A stretch of 64,000 bases of DNA from Utricularia gibba (GCA_002189035.1 NEEC01000004.1:310001-374000), one strand, 5' to 3'. Shown: positions 12,513-26,234, counted from the first letter of the stretch. Translations and numbers: made by a program. The notes: generated by a model from the sequence alone, not told the origin.

Positions 12513-14448
12513 AATCTCCTTACAGCACGTCATTCTTCTGGGTAAGGCCTTCTCCTCATTCTAACACCTGTGCTTTTGAATTCTGGGAACACTTTAACCA
12601 TGAAACAGATTTATATTTTATAATGAAAATCAATTGTGTGTGCACAACACACTACGAATTTTAAGACTGGAGCAGTACTTCTTCCATTCTAATAAAAAAT
12701 GAGAATTTTGTTTGTGTGAACTGTGAAGTTCAGTTTGCGCACATCAGTTCACTGTTGCTGATACTTTTGAAATGGGCCACCCGCCTCGTTTGGACCACTC
12801 GTTTAGTGGGCCACACAGTCCTCGGGCTTTTCCTCATCATAATGGCGTTCTGAATGTGACGATCAGCACTAGATTCTCTTGCTCCAAAAGCTTTTTGCTG
12901 TTTTATTTCTTAGTTTGCTACAAAAGCTTTCGCTTTTCCTCAACAAAAAGTGATTTAAGATCGAAACAACCCTTGAATCAAGTAAAACTGTGCTCCAATG
13001 TAGCACTGATAACATCAGAAAACAAGGTTAAGCAAGCAAGCTCAGTTCCATCAACGAGTATGTATTCTTGTGTGTGTGAAAGTGTGAAAGTACGTAACTG
13101 CGCCGAGATGCCCTCATGACAAAGTTGAAATACAGGCCACTTTTGGAGCTGATTCTTACCAACTCTTCGTTTAGTCCTACTGTTAGGGCACAAAGCCTTC
13201 ATGGTTGCTAAGGGTCAATGTCACTTGACTTCTCACCCCTGGGGTGTAAATCATGAATGTCAGTCCCACGCTTGTCCGATATTCTTCTCCAATCACTAAT
13301 GTCACAACCGGCGAATCTATCCGTGCCTCTGTGTTCACTGTGCTGATTTGAAGTGTGGGGTGTGCGGTTTGGATGGAATTAAGTATATAATAAACATAAA
13401 TAACATTAATTATGATTTATAATTTCTTATATACTTAATTATCTTAATTTCATTTTTCGATATGGTATTATGTATTCTAAAATTAACAAGTTACTTCTTC
13501 CTTTTGAAATACTCTCTGAGGTCTGGTTTGTGCCAACTCTCGCGGATTAGGTCAGTGGTTTGGAATTTGAAACCCTGGTTCCGTTCCATGATCCACGTGG
13601 ACGCCCTGGCTGCTTTCACTTGTCTTGTTGAGAAAGAATGCGGATGCTTATTCCATCGGCGGGGGCCCTCCCGACTCCCAAGTCTCATCATTGCATTCGG
13701 AATCTTGTTTTCTCATCTCGTCTATTGACTTTCAATGCCTCAGTCAACTACTCCTGAATCGACAATCTCTCTATTTTCTTATACTTTATTTCATTTTCTT
13801 ATAGCCCCCACATTTTTAGTTAACGAAAAATGTATCGTTTGGTAAAAATAAAAAGCGTACTTTGTATATAAATTTCACGAATATATATTTAAAATAATAC
13901 TATATTTGATATATCTGCGTTTTAAATAGATTAAAAAAGATAGATAAATCTAGTTTGATTAATAGAATCCATGTAGTACAAGAGTTTAAGAAAATGGTTA
14001 CAGAGATTATGCAATTGTTTATAAATCAGGATGTAACATGCAAAAACGTAATTTTCAAAACATAGGTATTTAAAGGTATAAACAAACTTATCAAATATAT
14101 TTAAAGATTATAAAACTGAAAAAAAAAAGTAATTAAATCACTTTCGTATGTGCCCATTTTATAAATTTAATATTAAAATTTATATTCTTTATTAAACCGT
14201 TGATTTAGGTAACACAAAGATAAGCATCAAACAGAAGATGAGATTATCTATGCACAGAAGCTCGTAACTGAAACAACAACATGGTTGGTTATTTTAGGTT
14301 TAGATTTATGTAATATGTACATGGGAAATGTGAACGTGAAAAGTGATTCAGCTTCAAATCTAGCATGCGGATAGAGACACATGAACAGGTTTATTTGGAC
14401 AGGATGAGTGCTGTATCAGAGTTGAAGTGAATCACTCTCAGCGGATCC

Positions 14449-15790
14449 CTATATTTCCGTGAAAAAGTGGTCATCCAGAAGATCAGACCACATTTGTGAA
14501 CCTCCATAGCTGGATGAGCTGCAGGCATCCCCAACGCCAGCTCCAGAATCAGCTAAAGGCACCGGAGCCAAGACCATTGAACCTACAACAAGAGATTAAG
14601 AGGAAAAGTTACAGTATTAGAGTGTATGCTACACGTTCTGTTTTCGTATGAGTAAGTAGGACACAATTAAGAGTATGGAAAGATTGGAAGCTCGAACCTG
14701 GAACAGGGGAGGGAGTCTGCTGCGGTGACTTCTCTCCTTGAGCTACACCTTCAAACGCAGGACACTCAGCCGGACCGCCGGTGCCGGTCTGAGGTAGTGT
14801 GCATGGGATTTGTAACTCAGGCAAATGGAGCAAGGGCATGGACTCGTAGAGGAAGCCGTCAGACGGGGGCGGAGGTGGTGACGCTCCGGCGTCGAGGTGG
14901 CTAAGGACGGAAGCCTCTTTCAAGGTATTCAAAAGGCTGAAAGTTGCCAAATCAGGGAAAGTTTGTTGAGGGAAAGCTGGCTGTAGGATGGACTGTAAGG
15001 AGGTGTTTAACCTAGCCAACTGAGCAGCTTCAGCTTGTAGCCTCATGGCCTTCGCATGCTCATCAAAATGAGGGTTTTCAATGAGCTCCTTCAGACTCGC
15101 CAAGGCGATCAGATGTGGGATGCTCGAGAAGATATCCGTTCTTGGCTGATGAGTCATCGGATCGATTCCCATTTGGAGCAGCTTCTTCTTCAGATGTGTG
15201 TTCCAGAAATTCTTTATCTCATTATCTGTTCTCCCGGGAAGATGAGTGGCAATAGCTGACCACCTAGTAGAGCAAGCAAATTCAAGAATATGATCAGACC
15301 TGAGCTGCTTGTTTCTAAACAGCTTGCCTTTATGAAGCAGTTACTTGTTTCCAAGAAGGGAGTGAAGATTGAGAATGATTTGTTCTTCTTCTTGGGAGAA
15401 TTTGCCTCTCTTGATATCTGGTCTCAAGTAGTTGGTCCATCTAAGCCTGCAACTTTTCCCGCATCTGTTCAATCCTTCATTCATCAACAACCAAACCAGA
15501 AAAACAATCAATTCCCACAATTTTCTAAATACAATCAACCAACTCCCGGAAAATAAACAACCTTCAAAAGTCAAGTGTTTACACGGGGGAAATTCAACAC
15601 ATTACACTACCCGCCTAAGATCACACTACACGCGTGTTTGTGAGTGTTCATCTGTACCGGCGTGTTTAGGGAGTGCTCTCCAGCTGCCATGGCCGTGCTG
15701 CTGGATGTAGTTGATGAGCTTCTCATCTTCTTCGGGAGTCCAGGGGCCCTTCTTCAGACCGCTGTCGTCGCAGCACGGGGACCTTCCCAT
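14449..15790 (-). CDS. R2R3-MYB transcription factor, MYB93/MYB92/MYB53 clade, 4 exons, 320 aa
   Basis: Exons 15790-15658 (133 nt), 15474-15345 (130 nt), 15263-14698, 14582-14449 (963 nt total). R2R3 repeats, [23 protein letters not shown] clade motif, C-terminal [23 protein letters not shown] in exon 4. Confidence 0.92.
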
Positions 15791-18700
15791 GTGCTTCTTC
15801 TCTTTGTGACTTCAATGGCGGTTCTTTCTCTCCAGCTGGAATACTCCCCCATCCTCACCTCACTATATATAGAATAAGATTGGATCATGCATGGAGAAAC
15901 ATATGAAATGACGAAAATAGCCAACGTCTGAATGCTCATCCCCATTCTTACAAAGGTCAAATGGGGAAGTTACGTACACGTGTACAGGAAAAAAATGCTC
16001 ACACCTGATGAGAGTTCTAAGTCATAAAAATTTGAAAATATTAATTACCCATGATATAAATCGATTGGATATAATCATCTTTTCATTCAATCGGATGATC
16101 GAAAAGATACCATACACCCGATTTCCAAATGGATCAAAAGAGTGGGCAGTTGGAGTTTCAGTAAAAGAAGATCACCGGTTTCCTCCATGCACGCAACGCC
16201 ATCGTCACTCGTTTCATTTTCACTGCATGCAGATTTAATAATATAATATTGCAATGATTCGAACCACCCCTTAAATAAATCATGAGATAAATGTGAGCAA
16301 GTTCACAGGATCCAGATAACTGCTTAGTACAAGGTAAAAACCTAGTTCTTTTTAGATGCATTCCTCGTGTACCAGGATTCTTATGTAAGAAACACTGCAG
16401 AGTATTTTAATGTGGGTCTTAGCTTATTTAACTTAAACGACGTCGTTGTGAGATGGAGATGTGTGTACGAGGTACATGACCAACTTGTTACGTTCCAATG
16501 AAGGTGCACCTACCTAGCTTATAAAAAAGGATTAGAGCAATAATGTAACAAAAGGTAATTTTTTAGCAGTTCCCTGTCTTTAATCCTCAATTTGTGTGTG
16601 TTTTTTTTATAGTCTAAACTCTCTTAACTATGGAATTTAATGACTGTTCCATCGAAACTTCTTGTGGGTTCGAGAAAGGTTGGGATGGAGTCTGACTCCG
16701 ATAATCAATCTTTGCATAAATGTGTTTAGGGTTTTCTATGACCACAACACTTAGACCAAAACCTAAATCATTCACATTTAGTACTCAAAAAAAAAGTAGA
16801 TGGATTTAGTACTCAAATAGGTGACTTGTAGTGGATACCTCTTGCATTGTAAACTTAGGTTTCGATTCAATCCAGTATGATATACAAATAAGTTCAAATG
16901 GGAATTGGTAAGAGAAATGATGTGTTTAAACAGATGAAATGAACGTGTTAGGAGATCCTTTTGTTACTGCAAGGACTTTGAAAAGGAGCAGCTACAGCCT
17001 AGAACGGAGCCACCCGACTCTTTCCAAACCTAAAACAAGAGTGTTGATGCGTCAACATCGAGGAATGACGTCGGCAATTTCAGGTCAAAGCTGCAAGAAG
17101 GGAGGACAGATCACTGTCCTACCCTCTCCTACTGCAAGAATCTCATAGTTCGTGTGTGTCTATGTGTGTGTGTTTTTTAACCGCTCATCAACACCTCCCA
17201 GAAGTCATCCACTTAAACCAGCTTGGTTTCGTCATCTTTTCTATGTAGAGTTGACATTGAAAAATGATGGCCTTGATCCTGTTTCTGAAATCATGGCACA
17301 CTGAAACATTGTGAAAATCATGGCCTTTATCTTTCTCCTCAATTTGGTTTCTGTGGGTAAGTTTTGAAAGATCGTTTGTTTGTGGGTCTAGATATAGACT
17401 TTCAATTTAAAAATGGGACTAGCTCCCATTGACTCATGATTGCTTGTGCGAGTATCACACGTGGAATCTTGTATCTCACAACGTCGTTCTTACAATACTT
17501 GTTCGATCCAGCGTTGCCATATTTCCCAACTGTTTCGCCCGTTCCTGGGAGCCGTTGGAATCTACAGAAATACTGTACTCTAATAATACTACATCTGCAA
17601 ACTCACATTTAAGTTCACGCTTTCATAGTAAATGTTCTCTGGGGTGCATCGGAGTCCCTGCAGTCTTCAATCTACCGTGAATGTGGTCGTTTTCACTGCG
17701 GTAATACTTGAGATCATGCCTGACATTCAACTGCGTAAATACTCATGTTGCTCCAGAAAAAGGCGTGGGGTGAAAAACAAGCGAGGGATTACGCAAGTTA
17801 ATTCCGGGAGCGTGGACTGGATGAAGCGAGTGCTCAGTTATTAGGTATACTAATCACCCAACCACTACACTGATTAGCCCTTCTACTTCTTCAATAAAAA
17901 TGGGTTAAGCCCTAAGGTTATCTACAAATGGTCCCCGTTGCACCAGCCAGAGTTAACTGGTTGAAGGACACTCAGAAAGAAGGTTATCTTTGGTATACTT
18001 TATCAAGAAATGTTTCTGAAAAAATAAAATTTAGGGTTTTCAACTTTTAAAATATAAAAATCAATTCTAAATTTTAAAATTTTTTAGAATAAAATTCGTT
18101 CATGTTTGATAATAAAACTATTACGAATTTTTTTTTTTCAAAAACAGAAACAAATTAGAAGTGGTGTTTTTATATTAAATTATTAATTTTACTAAGAGAT
18201 GAATTTAACCTCATGCAGACATCTTTTGAATAATCATATTAGTTGCTTATTTGTTCCGATGAAATAGCATTGGAGCTCTCTTGGGTCCTGATTTCAATTG
18301 GTTGATTTATTTTGATCCAATTTTTCAATGAGTAAAATTTCCTTTGATTCCAAATGATGCTTCCCAATTTTGTAGGATTCCTCTTTCACTTGGAGAAAAC
18401 TATTTGCATTATAGTGTTTTCCCCATGATTCCCAAATCATATGGGCACTATCTTAAAACTAGTATATTATAAGATCCCTTGATAAATTTTAAAGTCAGAG
18501 GCATCACTATAATACCATTTCATGTATTGGGGATTATCTACACTTTTGGGTTCTATGGACTCATCTGTGAGCTCAATCGTGTTCTTTTAGTCAGTGTTAG
18601 CACAACATCACGCTTCCAATAAGAAAAAGTTGATACTGATGCGCGGTGGGTACAAAGAACTGATCTTTGATGCGCATTTATGCAACTGGGGGAGTATGCA

Positions 18701-19936
18701 TTATGAACATTGGACTGAGGATCAATGAAGCTGCTGTCTGCAGAAATCATGGTCTTGAGTTGAAGAAAAAGCAAACACAGGGGTGGATGTAATTGTAATG
18801 CTTTTGGAGGACTGATTCATCACCATTAGCTCTACTTCTGCAAATCTCAAGCTTCGACCCCCAAGTTGTATCTATTCCCGAATGAAGCAATCTCAAAAGC
18901 ACTGATTTGACATCTATTTTGTCTAGTGTCGATGGAGCAAAATTTGCCTTTGTCCCATCTTATCGACCTCTGCTTCCTCTCTTCCCTTTCACGACTTGAA
19001 ATTTGATCCACTCGTATCCACCACCAGTAAAGCGAGATTGCTCTTTGCAAAAAAATGTTTTTTTTTCTCATATGCATTTCCTTTTCCCCATGATCATGCG
19101 CGTCGATATCATGTGGGGAGATTAAGGGCTAAGCGCCAGTAGTTTTGTGGGTACTGCACAGTGTGCGGTGTAAAAGAAAACCAAAACCAGATAAACAATA
19201 CACAAAGCATTTGAAAAGAAACCCACTTTTTTTTTCTTACTTTAATCCCCGCAAAGCTCCAAGAAACCATCATCCATCATAGCTCTGCACCAGGCCTGCC
19301 GTCTTATCCTCCTAGAACTTGCATATTCCTTCCTCACGATTATTTTTTTTTTGTTTGATCTTCACGATATTTGTAAGGAATTCCTTGTCCATTGGATGGA
19401 TAAGGAGTGATCTTAGAACCCTCATCCGAATCTTGTTGCTGATATTCTCAGAGATTCCATTTGGTCAATTCACTTTCGGCTAACAATCTTTACATATATA
19501 CACATGTCTTGCAGGATCCTACAAGTGCAGAGAAACACATCTAGGACTATTTCGATAGAGAGAATTCGCTGCACTGAATATTCCAATTTACATATGGCAT
19601 ATATCTATCCAAATTAAAGGGGTTTCACCTTTTCTCTCCCAAAGAGCATATATCGTGAAGATTTTACAAGACACCCATGTTTTTCTGTGGAGTCGAGCAC
19701 GGGTCGGGTTTCTTAAGGAGATAGTATCTCCACATGCATGGGCTTCGTTCCTAAAGCGTCGGTCACCTGAGGTGAAAATTTGAGGGCCAGGATCCCAAAG
19801 GACGCCAAAAAGTATGGAGGGGGAGCTGATCTGGCTTGGCGATAAATACAAACCAGAAAAGAGAAAGGACGAAGAGGTGAATAAGCCGGAAGCACAGGGA
19901 GCCTTTTGCAAATGTGTATCCCCCCATGTCGCCTCC

Positions 19937-19944
19937 CTATAAAG
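19937..19944 (+). promoter_or_regulatory. TATA box candidate for GA20ox
   Basis: ctataaag about 160 nt upstream of ATG 20100, followed by a pyrimidine-rich leader. Confidence 0.5.
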
Positions 19945-20099
19945 ATGCTCAAGCACTCGACGCCAATTACCAATTCGTTGCCGGCTTTTTCTTCTGTCGC
20001 CACTCCCAGCCCTTTTCACATCTTTTCCCCTTCAAAAAAATTCTCATTCTATATTCTGTAATAACATCCTTTTCCCAAAGCAAAGTTCTGATTTCCACT

Positions 20100-21411
20100 A
20101 TGACCATCATTCTCCCCACGCCTCCATCCAGCATCAAGCGCGAGACGACTCCGGCGCTGACCTTCGACGCCACCGTTTTACAGAATGCCGCCCCCATACC
20201 CTCCCAGTTCGTCTGGCCGACCCACGAGAGACCCTGCTCCGACCTACCGGAGCTCCACCCCTCCTACGTTGATTTGTCAGGGCTACTCGCAGGCGACCAT
20301 GATGCCGTCCGCGAGGTGTCACGTGTCGTCGGAGAAGCTTGTTTGAAGCATGGTTTTTTTCTAGTGGTTAACCATGGTGTTAGCGCCGAGCTCCTAGCGG
20401 AGGTGCACCGATGCATGGACCATTTTTTTCGGCAGCCGCTTGATCGTAAACAGAAGGTGGAGAGAAGACTTGGTGAGCATTGCGGTTACTCTAGTAGCTT
20501 TACTAGAAGATTCTCTTCAAAACTTCCATGGAAGGAAACACTTTCGTTCGAGTACAAAGAGACAAATGGCGGTTCCAACAACGTTGAAGAGTACTTCCGT
20601 CGAAAGCTGGGCGTTGAATTCCCCACTTAGGGTAAGAATCATACTGTTCTCATTCAAGCAACTAAGCCATTCATAAGCTCTTACTTGCAAGTTTTAACAC
20701 TTCACTTTCAGGAAAGCTTACCAGGAGTATTGCCGTGCGATGAGCAAACTTGCACTAGTGATAATGGAGGTTCTAGCTTTGAGCCTCGGAGTAAGGCCGG
20801 AGAAATTTAGGGAGGTTTACGAAGAGCACGAGTCGATAATGAGACTCAACTACTACCCGCCGTGCAGGGAACCGGATCAGGCACTCGGAACCGGCCCCCA
20901 TTGTGATCCGACCACCATTACTTTACTTCATCAAGACAAAGTCCCCGGGCTTCAAGTCTTCTCCGACTATCAATGGTGGTCCGTAAACCCAAAGTCCGAC
21001 GCTTTCGTCGTCATCATCGGCGACACCTTCACCGTAAGAGTTCTTTCCTCCAGACTTATAATTACAAATTATGAAGGATGAGTTTACAATTTGGAAACTT
21101 AAAGGGCTTTGTTTGGGCAGGCGCTTTCGAACGGAAGATACAAAAGCTGTCTGCACAGGGCGGTGGTGAACAGGCAGAATCCTAGGAAATCACTGGCGTT
21201 TTTCCTTTGCCCGAAGAAGGACAGAGTGGTTGCCCCACCAACGGAGCTGGTGGATTCGGGTCATCCACGGCTGTTCCCTGATTTCAGGTGGGAAAATTTC
21301 TTAGCTTTCACGCAGAAGCATTACAGAGCCGACACTAAAACCCTGGAAGCATTTTCGGAATGGATTACCGAACAGCAACAGTGTAAGAACAGTGACAGGA
21401 GCACACTATGA
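20100..21411 (+). CDS. GA20ox: Gibberellin 20-oxidase (2OG-Fe(II) dioxygenase), 3 exons; exon 1 is one base short, giving an in-frame TAG at 20628-20630
   Basis: Exons 20100-20631, 20712-21033 (322 nt), 21121-21411. LPWKETLS motif, [11 protein letters not shown]...H iron ligands, RKSLAFF. Exon 1 is 532 nt where 533 is needed. Confidence 0.9.
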
Positions 21412-24400
21412 CAATGGGGAATTTCTCCGATCACTTGTAACCCACGACTGTTGGCTGTTGTATGTATCACGTGCTTTTTTATTTTTTTTCATAATTGCAA
21501 TGGCCATCCATGTCCACCTTTTCTTGTGTCTCCTCCGTCGTATTTCTGCCATCTTTTTAGCTTGTCAAACCAAACGGACTCGAAAAAAATACATCTTTAC
21601 GAAATGAAAGGTAGCAAAAGATAAACTTTTGTCAAAAGTTCAAGAATTCGTCTTTATTTTCCACCCGATGTTCTTCTGGGATTCCAAAATCGGTCTATCG
21701 GGGTCGAATGAACCCATTAATCAACACTCCAATCTTAATTTTCCAGGCATTAAATGCAGAATTCGTAAACCTTCGCTCGCAGACAACGTGAAGAATCAAA
21801 CAATGACATGAAGTCCGTGTAAAGCGTGGTGCTTGTCGTCAACAAAAGTAGGGAGGGTTAAAGGTGCTATTAACCCTTTTGGTTCTTTGTCTTCTTCATC
21901 AAGGCTGGAGCAGTGTGTCACATTAAATTATCATTATGGTAACAATAATTCATTTTCGTACGGTTCTGACTCGTCACACGATAACCCTACCCTGACGCCA
22001 CGTTAGGAAGAAGATTCCCATTAGAAAAAAAAAAAAATTAATTGGGAGGGTAGATGATACAAAACCCTTCTTGATTCGTGTGGTTTCGGCATTTATTTGG
22101 ACCCCAAAAGAGGCTGCGTTGATTTGGAAGCTGGAAAAATGACACAGCCCAAGGGCCAACTCCAGCATGTGCATTGGCAGAGGAAACATCCACCGTCAAT
22201 ACATTACAAATCTGGTGTTTTATAATCTGGGCATTCAGGAACCCGATTGCATAAAGTTGCATGAAGACGTGGGTATGGTGCATGGCCAGAAGCAATTTTA
22301 TTGACCTCCATTTCTGTCCTTTCCTTGTTGCTCACCTGCATCCATTGAATCTGTAATACGAGTGATTCAATGGATCCTTGTTGTTCTTCCGTAACAGTTC
22401 GAAACCGTGGTTCTGTGAGCCGGTTCTAGTCGAACAGTTTGGAAGTCTGTGGCGGGCTGAAATGGCCATGGAGCTAAGTCCCGATTTCATGGACAAAAAA
22501 TGTGCGTTTAACACAGTAAACACCAGGAATTATCAGGGTTTTTGACGAGGAAACCATGATTTTTCCCCCGTGGATTTGTATCAGCGATCGGCGGCGATGA
22601 AGTATACTGCTGTCGGCGGTGGGAACACACACTGCATCGGCCGGTGAAACAACATGAGCCCTTGTGGTTGAGTTCATCAGGTTACTAGATTTTTGCCTTA
22701 TTTTCTGATTATAAACACACAATACATCAAATTAGCTCTAATAAATAAAAGGTGAGTTTTTTATTCTTATTAAAAATTAAAAACAATGTTTTTCTTAAAT
22801 AATAATGACTGATAATCGACAATAAAAATGATTCTATCAAACCTTTTTTGTGTGTTTTCCTGACGTCCACGTAGGTGCTAATTCACCATCCGACCGCCAG
22901 CGATGGAGGTGTTTATTATTTATTCTTCACCTTTTTTTCTTGAAATAATAATTAATATTTTTGGGTCCCACAGGACACCGTGGTGGATCTCGGCAGGGAT
23001 TCCACCTGCTCGCCCATCCCCCTCTTTGTCTCTGTGTCTGGCTATCATTCCCATTTTTCTTCTCTTCTACAATTGCGAATTTGTGGGTTTCCAAAACGAC
23101 ACGACTCCTTGTCGTTTACACCTCGACCCCATTCCTCCTCCAAATCAGCTAAAAAACAAGCCTTCCAATCACTGTGCTTGGCCTTTTTCCACAAGCCTCG
23201 TGTGACGAGGCCAAGATTCAGTCTTTGCCCACCCACCCCCATTGTTGTTTACCAATGCTCTGGCGCATGACGTATAATACCCTGCCCAAGGTAGCTTGGA
23301 AGTATCTTAGACAAATCCAAAATCTGTTAAGAACGGAATATCGGATGAAATTGAGTTGAGTAACGACACAAATTTAATCTTACATAAGGTATTTTACCAA
23401 GTATTGAAGAAGGTTATTGGTAGAAACTTTAAAATTAACCGTGTTGGATTGAAATAATTTGAGAATGAATGATCTGTTAGAAAAGCAGACCCAAAAATGT
23501 AAGAAACGTAAGAACATCAACATTATGTGTTATAATATCATGAAAGTATAATGTAGATCATTATAATGGCGAATGGAAGAGAGCATGAAATATTCTCAAA
23601 TAAATTAATCCGCTTTATTGCCTGCATTTTTCTTTTTTACTAATTTTATAGGATTTTATCCTATGAATAACAAATCTGGTTACTTTAACCTACTTAATGA
23701 CTAATTATCATTAGAAAAATTGAAGGCGCTCTTCAGATATTGGTAAACGAGTAGATTCATCGTCTCTATTACGTCCAAGGGAATAGGAGACGTTAGTGGA
23801 GGCATCGGGATCCGCTGTGTGAATTGACGGAAACACCCCTAACCAGACAAATTTATTTTTCCCAAATCAAATACTATTATAATCACCATAATAGTATCTG
23901 TTGCGGGATGACGCCAGTGTACGGCACAAAATAACAACTTCACCCCCAGCGGATTGCTTGTTCTTATGAAGAATATAATATTTCTGATATTTTGGAATTT
24001 AAAAAGCAAGGTGGGCCTTGGACTACGAAGTTGGGCCCATGGTGCTTCTTGGGCTTAGACTCATTTGGACTGGTTTGTTACCAGGGATCCAAATTGAAAG
24101 CCCTATCGAATAAACATATACTTCCACGTGCACGTGACGTGTTGATGACGTTAATCGTCGTCTGACTAATCAAATTAATGCAAATTTGATTAATTTACGG
24201 GAAGGGTGTCTATCCCATTAGATGATTTACTCAAGCAAATAATTTAATATTGTGTAAATAATAAACTGCTTCACACACAACATCTTAATATGAAATAGAA
24301 ATATCTAATGACCAGATTTTTAAATAATGATGTGTTGCAATTCTAATTTGGATGTGAAGATGAATGGATCTTGGTTCATTGAAAAAAAAGAAAGAGAATA

Positions 24401-24924
24401 TTTTTTTCAGATTTTAGTGGGGCCCGTGAGTTTGAAAGGAGGATCGAAAAGGTGAAAGTCTAAAAAGAGTGACCGCAGTTGAAATTGGGTGACGGGTGGT
24501 CAACAGAGGAACCCGGTTCACACGGGATACGAGCTGGTGGGGCATTCTGGTCATTGCACAGCCAGCGGAGAAAACCGACTGTACCGGCCCATGTAGGCCC
24601 CCACACTTGATAAATGAAGCCCGTTACTGTGACTGCACAGCTCTCGATTAAATGATTGAGGTGCGCACCGTGCACCACGTCGGATAGTTTTAATACAAGC
24701 TTCGCTTTCGAAAATAATTACCATCAATTATATATAAATAATGAATTAATTATTATTTTTTTGTCCTGGAGTGGACACGTCATATCTCCATCAGTATCAC
24801 GTTTGTGTTTTCTGGGATGATGCTGCCGATGGCCAATGCGCTCTCCTCTTCTAAAAAATCAAGGATAAAATCCCAAACAATCCACCAACACACACACAGG
24901 CACACACACAAGACACGCAGAAAC

Positions 24925-25739
24925 TCATCCGAAGGTTATCACATTCACCAGTTTTTGCTGCAGCTCTCCAAAGTGAACGCCTCCAGAACCATTCACCTAA
25001 CAATCAGAAACAAATGAAGGGTATCATTTATGGTGTAATAGGCAAACAGAAGGACGAGGTTCGATCACCTGGGATTGGATACTGTAGAGAACTCGATCGT
25101 GGGCTTTGGTGGAGATGCAGCAAGTGATGGTGAGATCGGAGTTTATGAGTTCGACGAGGATTCTTGACAACGGTATCCCTTCTTTGTTCTCGCTGCTGAT
25201 CAAGACATCCACTCCGGAGCCTCCTCCTCTGCAGGAGGTGAGGCTCACGTGAAACGACGCCGGATTGGGATGCTTCGAGAAACAAGGATGATTGGTGTTC
25301 GTCTTGTCTCTTTTCTCACGCAGCTCCTGAATCTTCTTTTCTGTGTTCTTGATGTAATTCATCGTCTCCTGCATATGATCCGAGATCGATCTCTTTCCCT
25401 GCGAAACACATAAATAAATGAAGAGATGAAGGAACGAAATCAAGACCGGTGGAGGAGGAGAATGCGCCGGCAGCAGACCCGAATGTACTCTAGCGGAAGA
25501 AGTGATCGGAGACAAGTGTAGAGAGCAGTCATTTCTTGTCGGCGCTGCCTCTCGATATCTCGGTGCATAATCCTCCTCTTCATCAGGAATTCATTCTCTT
25601 CTTCCACCCCTCCCGCTCTCTCATCCCGAGAACGCTTTTTCCGGACACCGGAATCCTCCGTACAGGCGGCGAAATTCTGCTGGTAAAGGGCGGGTGGGAT
25701 GTTGAGAAGCAAGTGTTGGTCCGGAAAAGAAGGGAACAT
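24925..25739 (-). CDS. bHLH transcription factor, subgroup Ib (bHLH36/bHLH120-like), 3 exons
   Basis: Exons 25739-25479, 25398-25069, 24996-24925 (663 nt). HRDIERQRRQEM...LRSLLPLEYIR|GKRSISDHM and an ACT-like C-terminus. Alternative start at 25787. Confidence 0.92.
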
Positions 25740-26234
25740 CTTTGGTTGTTGGATATGGCGGTGCTCCTGCTGTTGATGCTGGTGCATATAATAAATAAGA
25801 GAAGGATGCCCCGATTTTTCAAAACTTTAAACCCCAACATTCACAATAAAAACATGAGCCATACGATTTCCAGCAGCAACAAAATATTCAGAAACATAAA
25901 ACTCATGGGGGACAAAGTTTTTTAAAAAAAGGGGGCTGGGCCTCATCCTCATCACATCGTCGGAGAAAGGTTTCTGAAAAATTCGATAACGGGCCCGCGG
26001 CGGTCATCACACGCTTTTTCGAAATGATACCCACAACTCATTTGGACACCAGAAACTTCCGTCCAGATCCATCACCAACTCCAGTGTTAGTTGTGTTGAC
26101 CGAACCACCAATCGGGGGTTCCTTGCCTCCATGTAATAACTTTTTTTCACCAATCATTTCAAGGAGGAGGATTTTAAAGAGGAAAAATACACAGGAACGG
26201 ATACGCTCTCGCACGCAGGCAGGGACACCTTGTA

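Noticed and set aside
13830-14100. AT-rich segment starting GTATCGTTTGGT, possible Tourist MITE
   Set aside because: The right-hand inverted repeat is too degenerate to support a call.
16667-16673. GGTTCGA tRNA T-loop-like motif
   Set aside because: No T-stem, acceptor stem or A-box in the flanks.
19914-20099. 62-codon N-terminal extension of GA20ox in the ORF track
   Set aside because: Begins at GTG upstream of the TATA-like box; ATG 20100 fits normal GA20ox length.
6960-21411. PK, 14-3-3, EPFL, MYB and GA20ox as a functional gene cluster
   Set aside because: The genes are unrelated in pathway; no biosynthetic-cluster logic or shared motif is evident, so this is ordinary synteny.
23092-23215. 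Two short hairpins (aaacgaca/tgtcgttt and gcctcgt/acgaggc)
   Set aside because: Stems of 7-8 bp are expected by chance in 64 kb and there is no other supporting feature.
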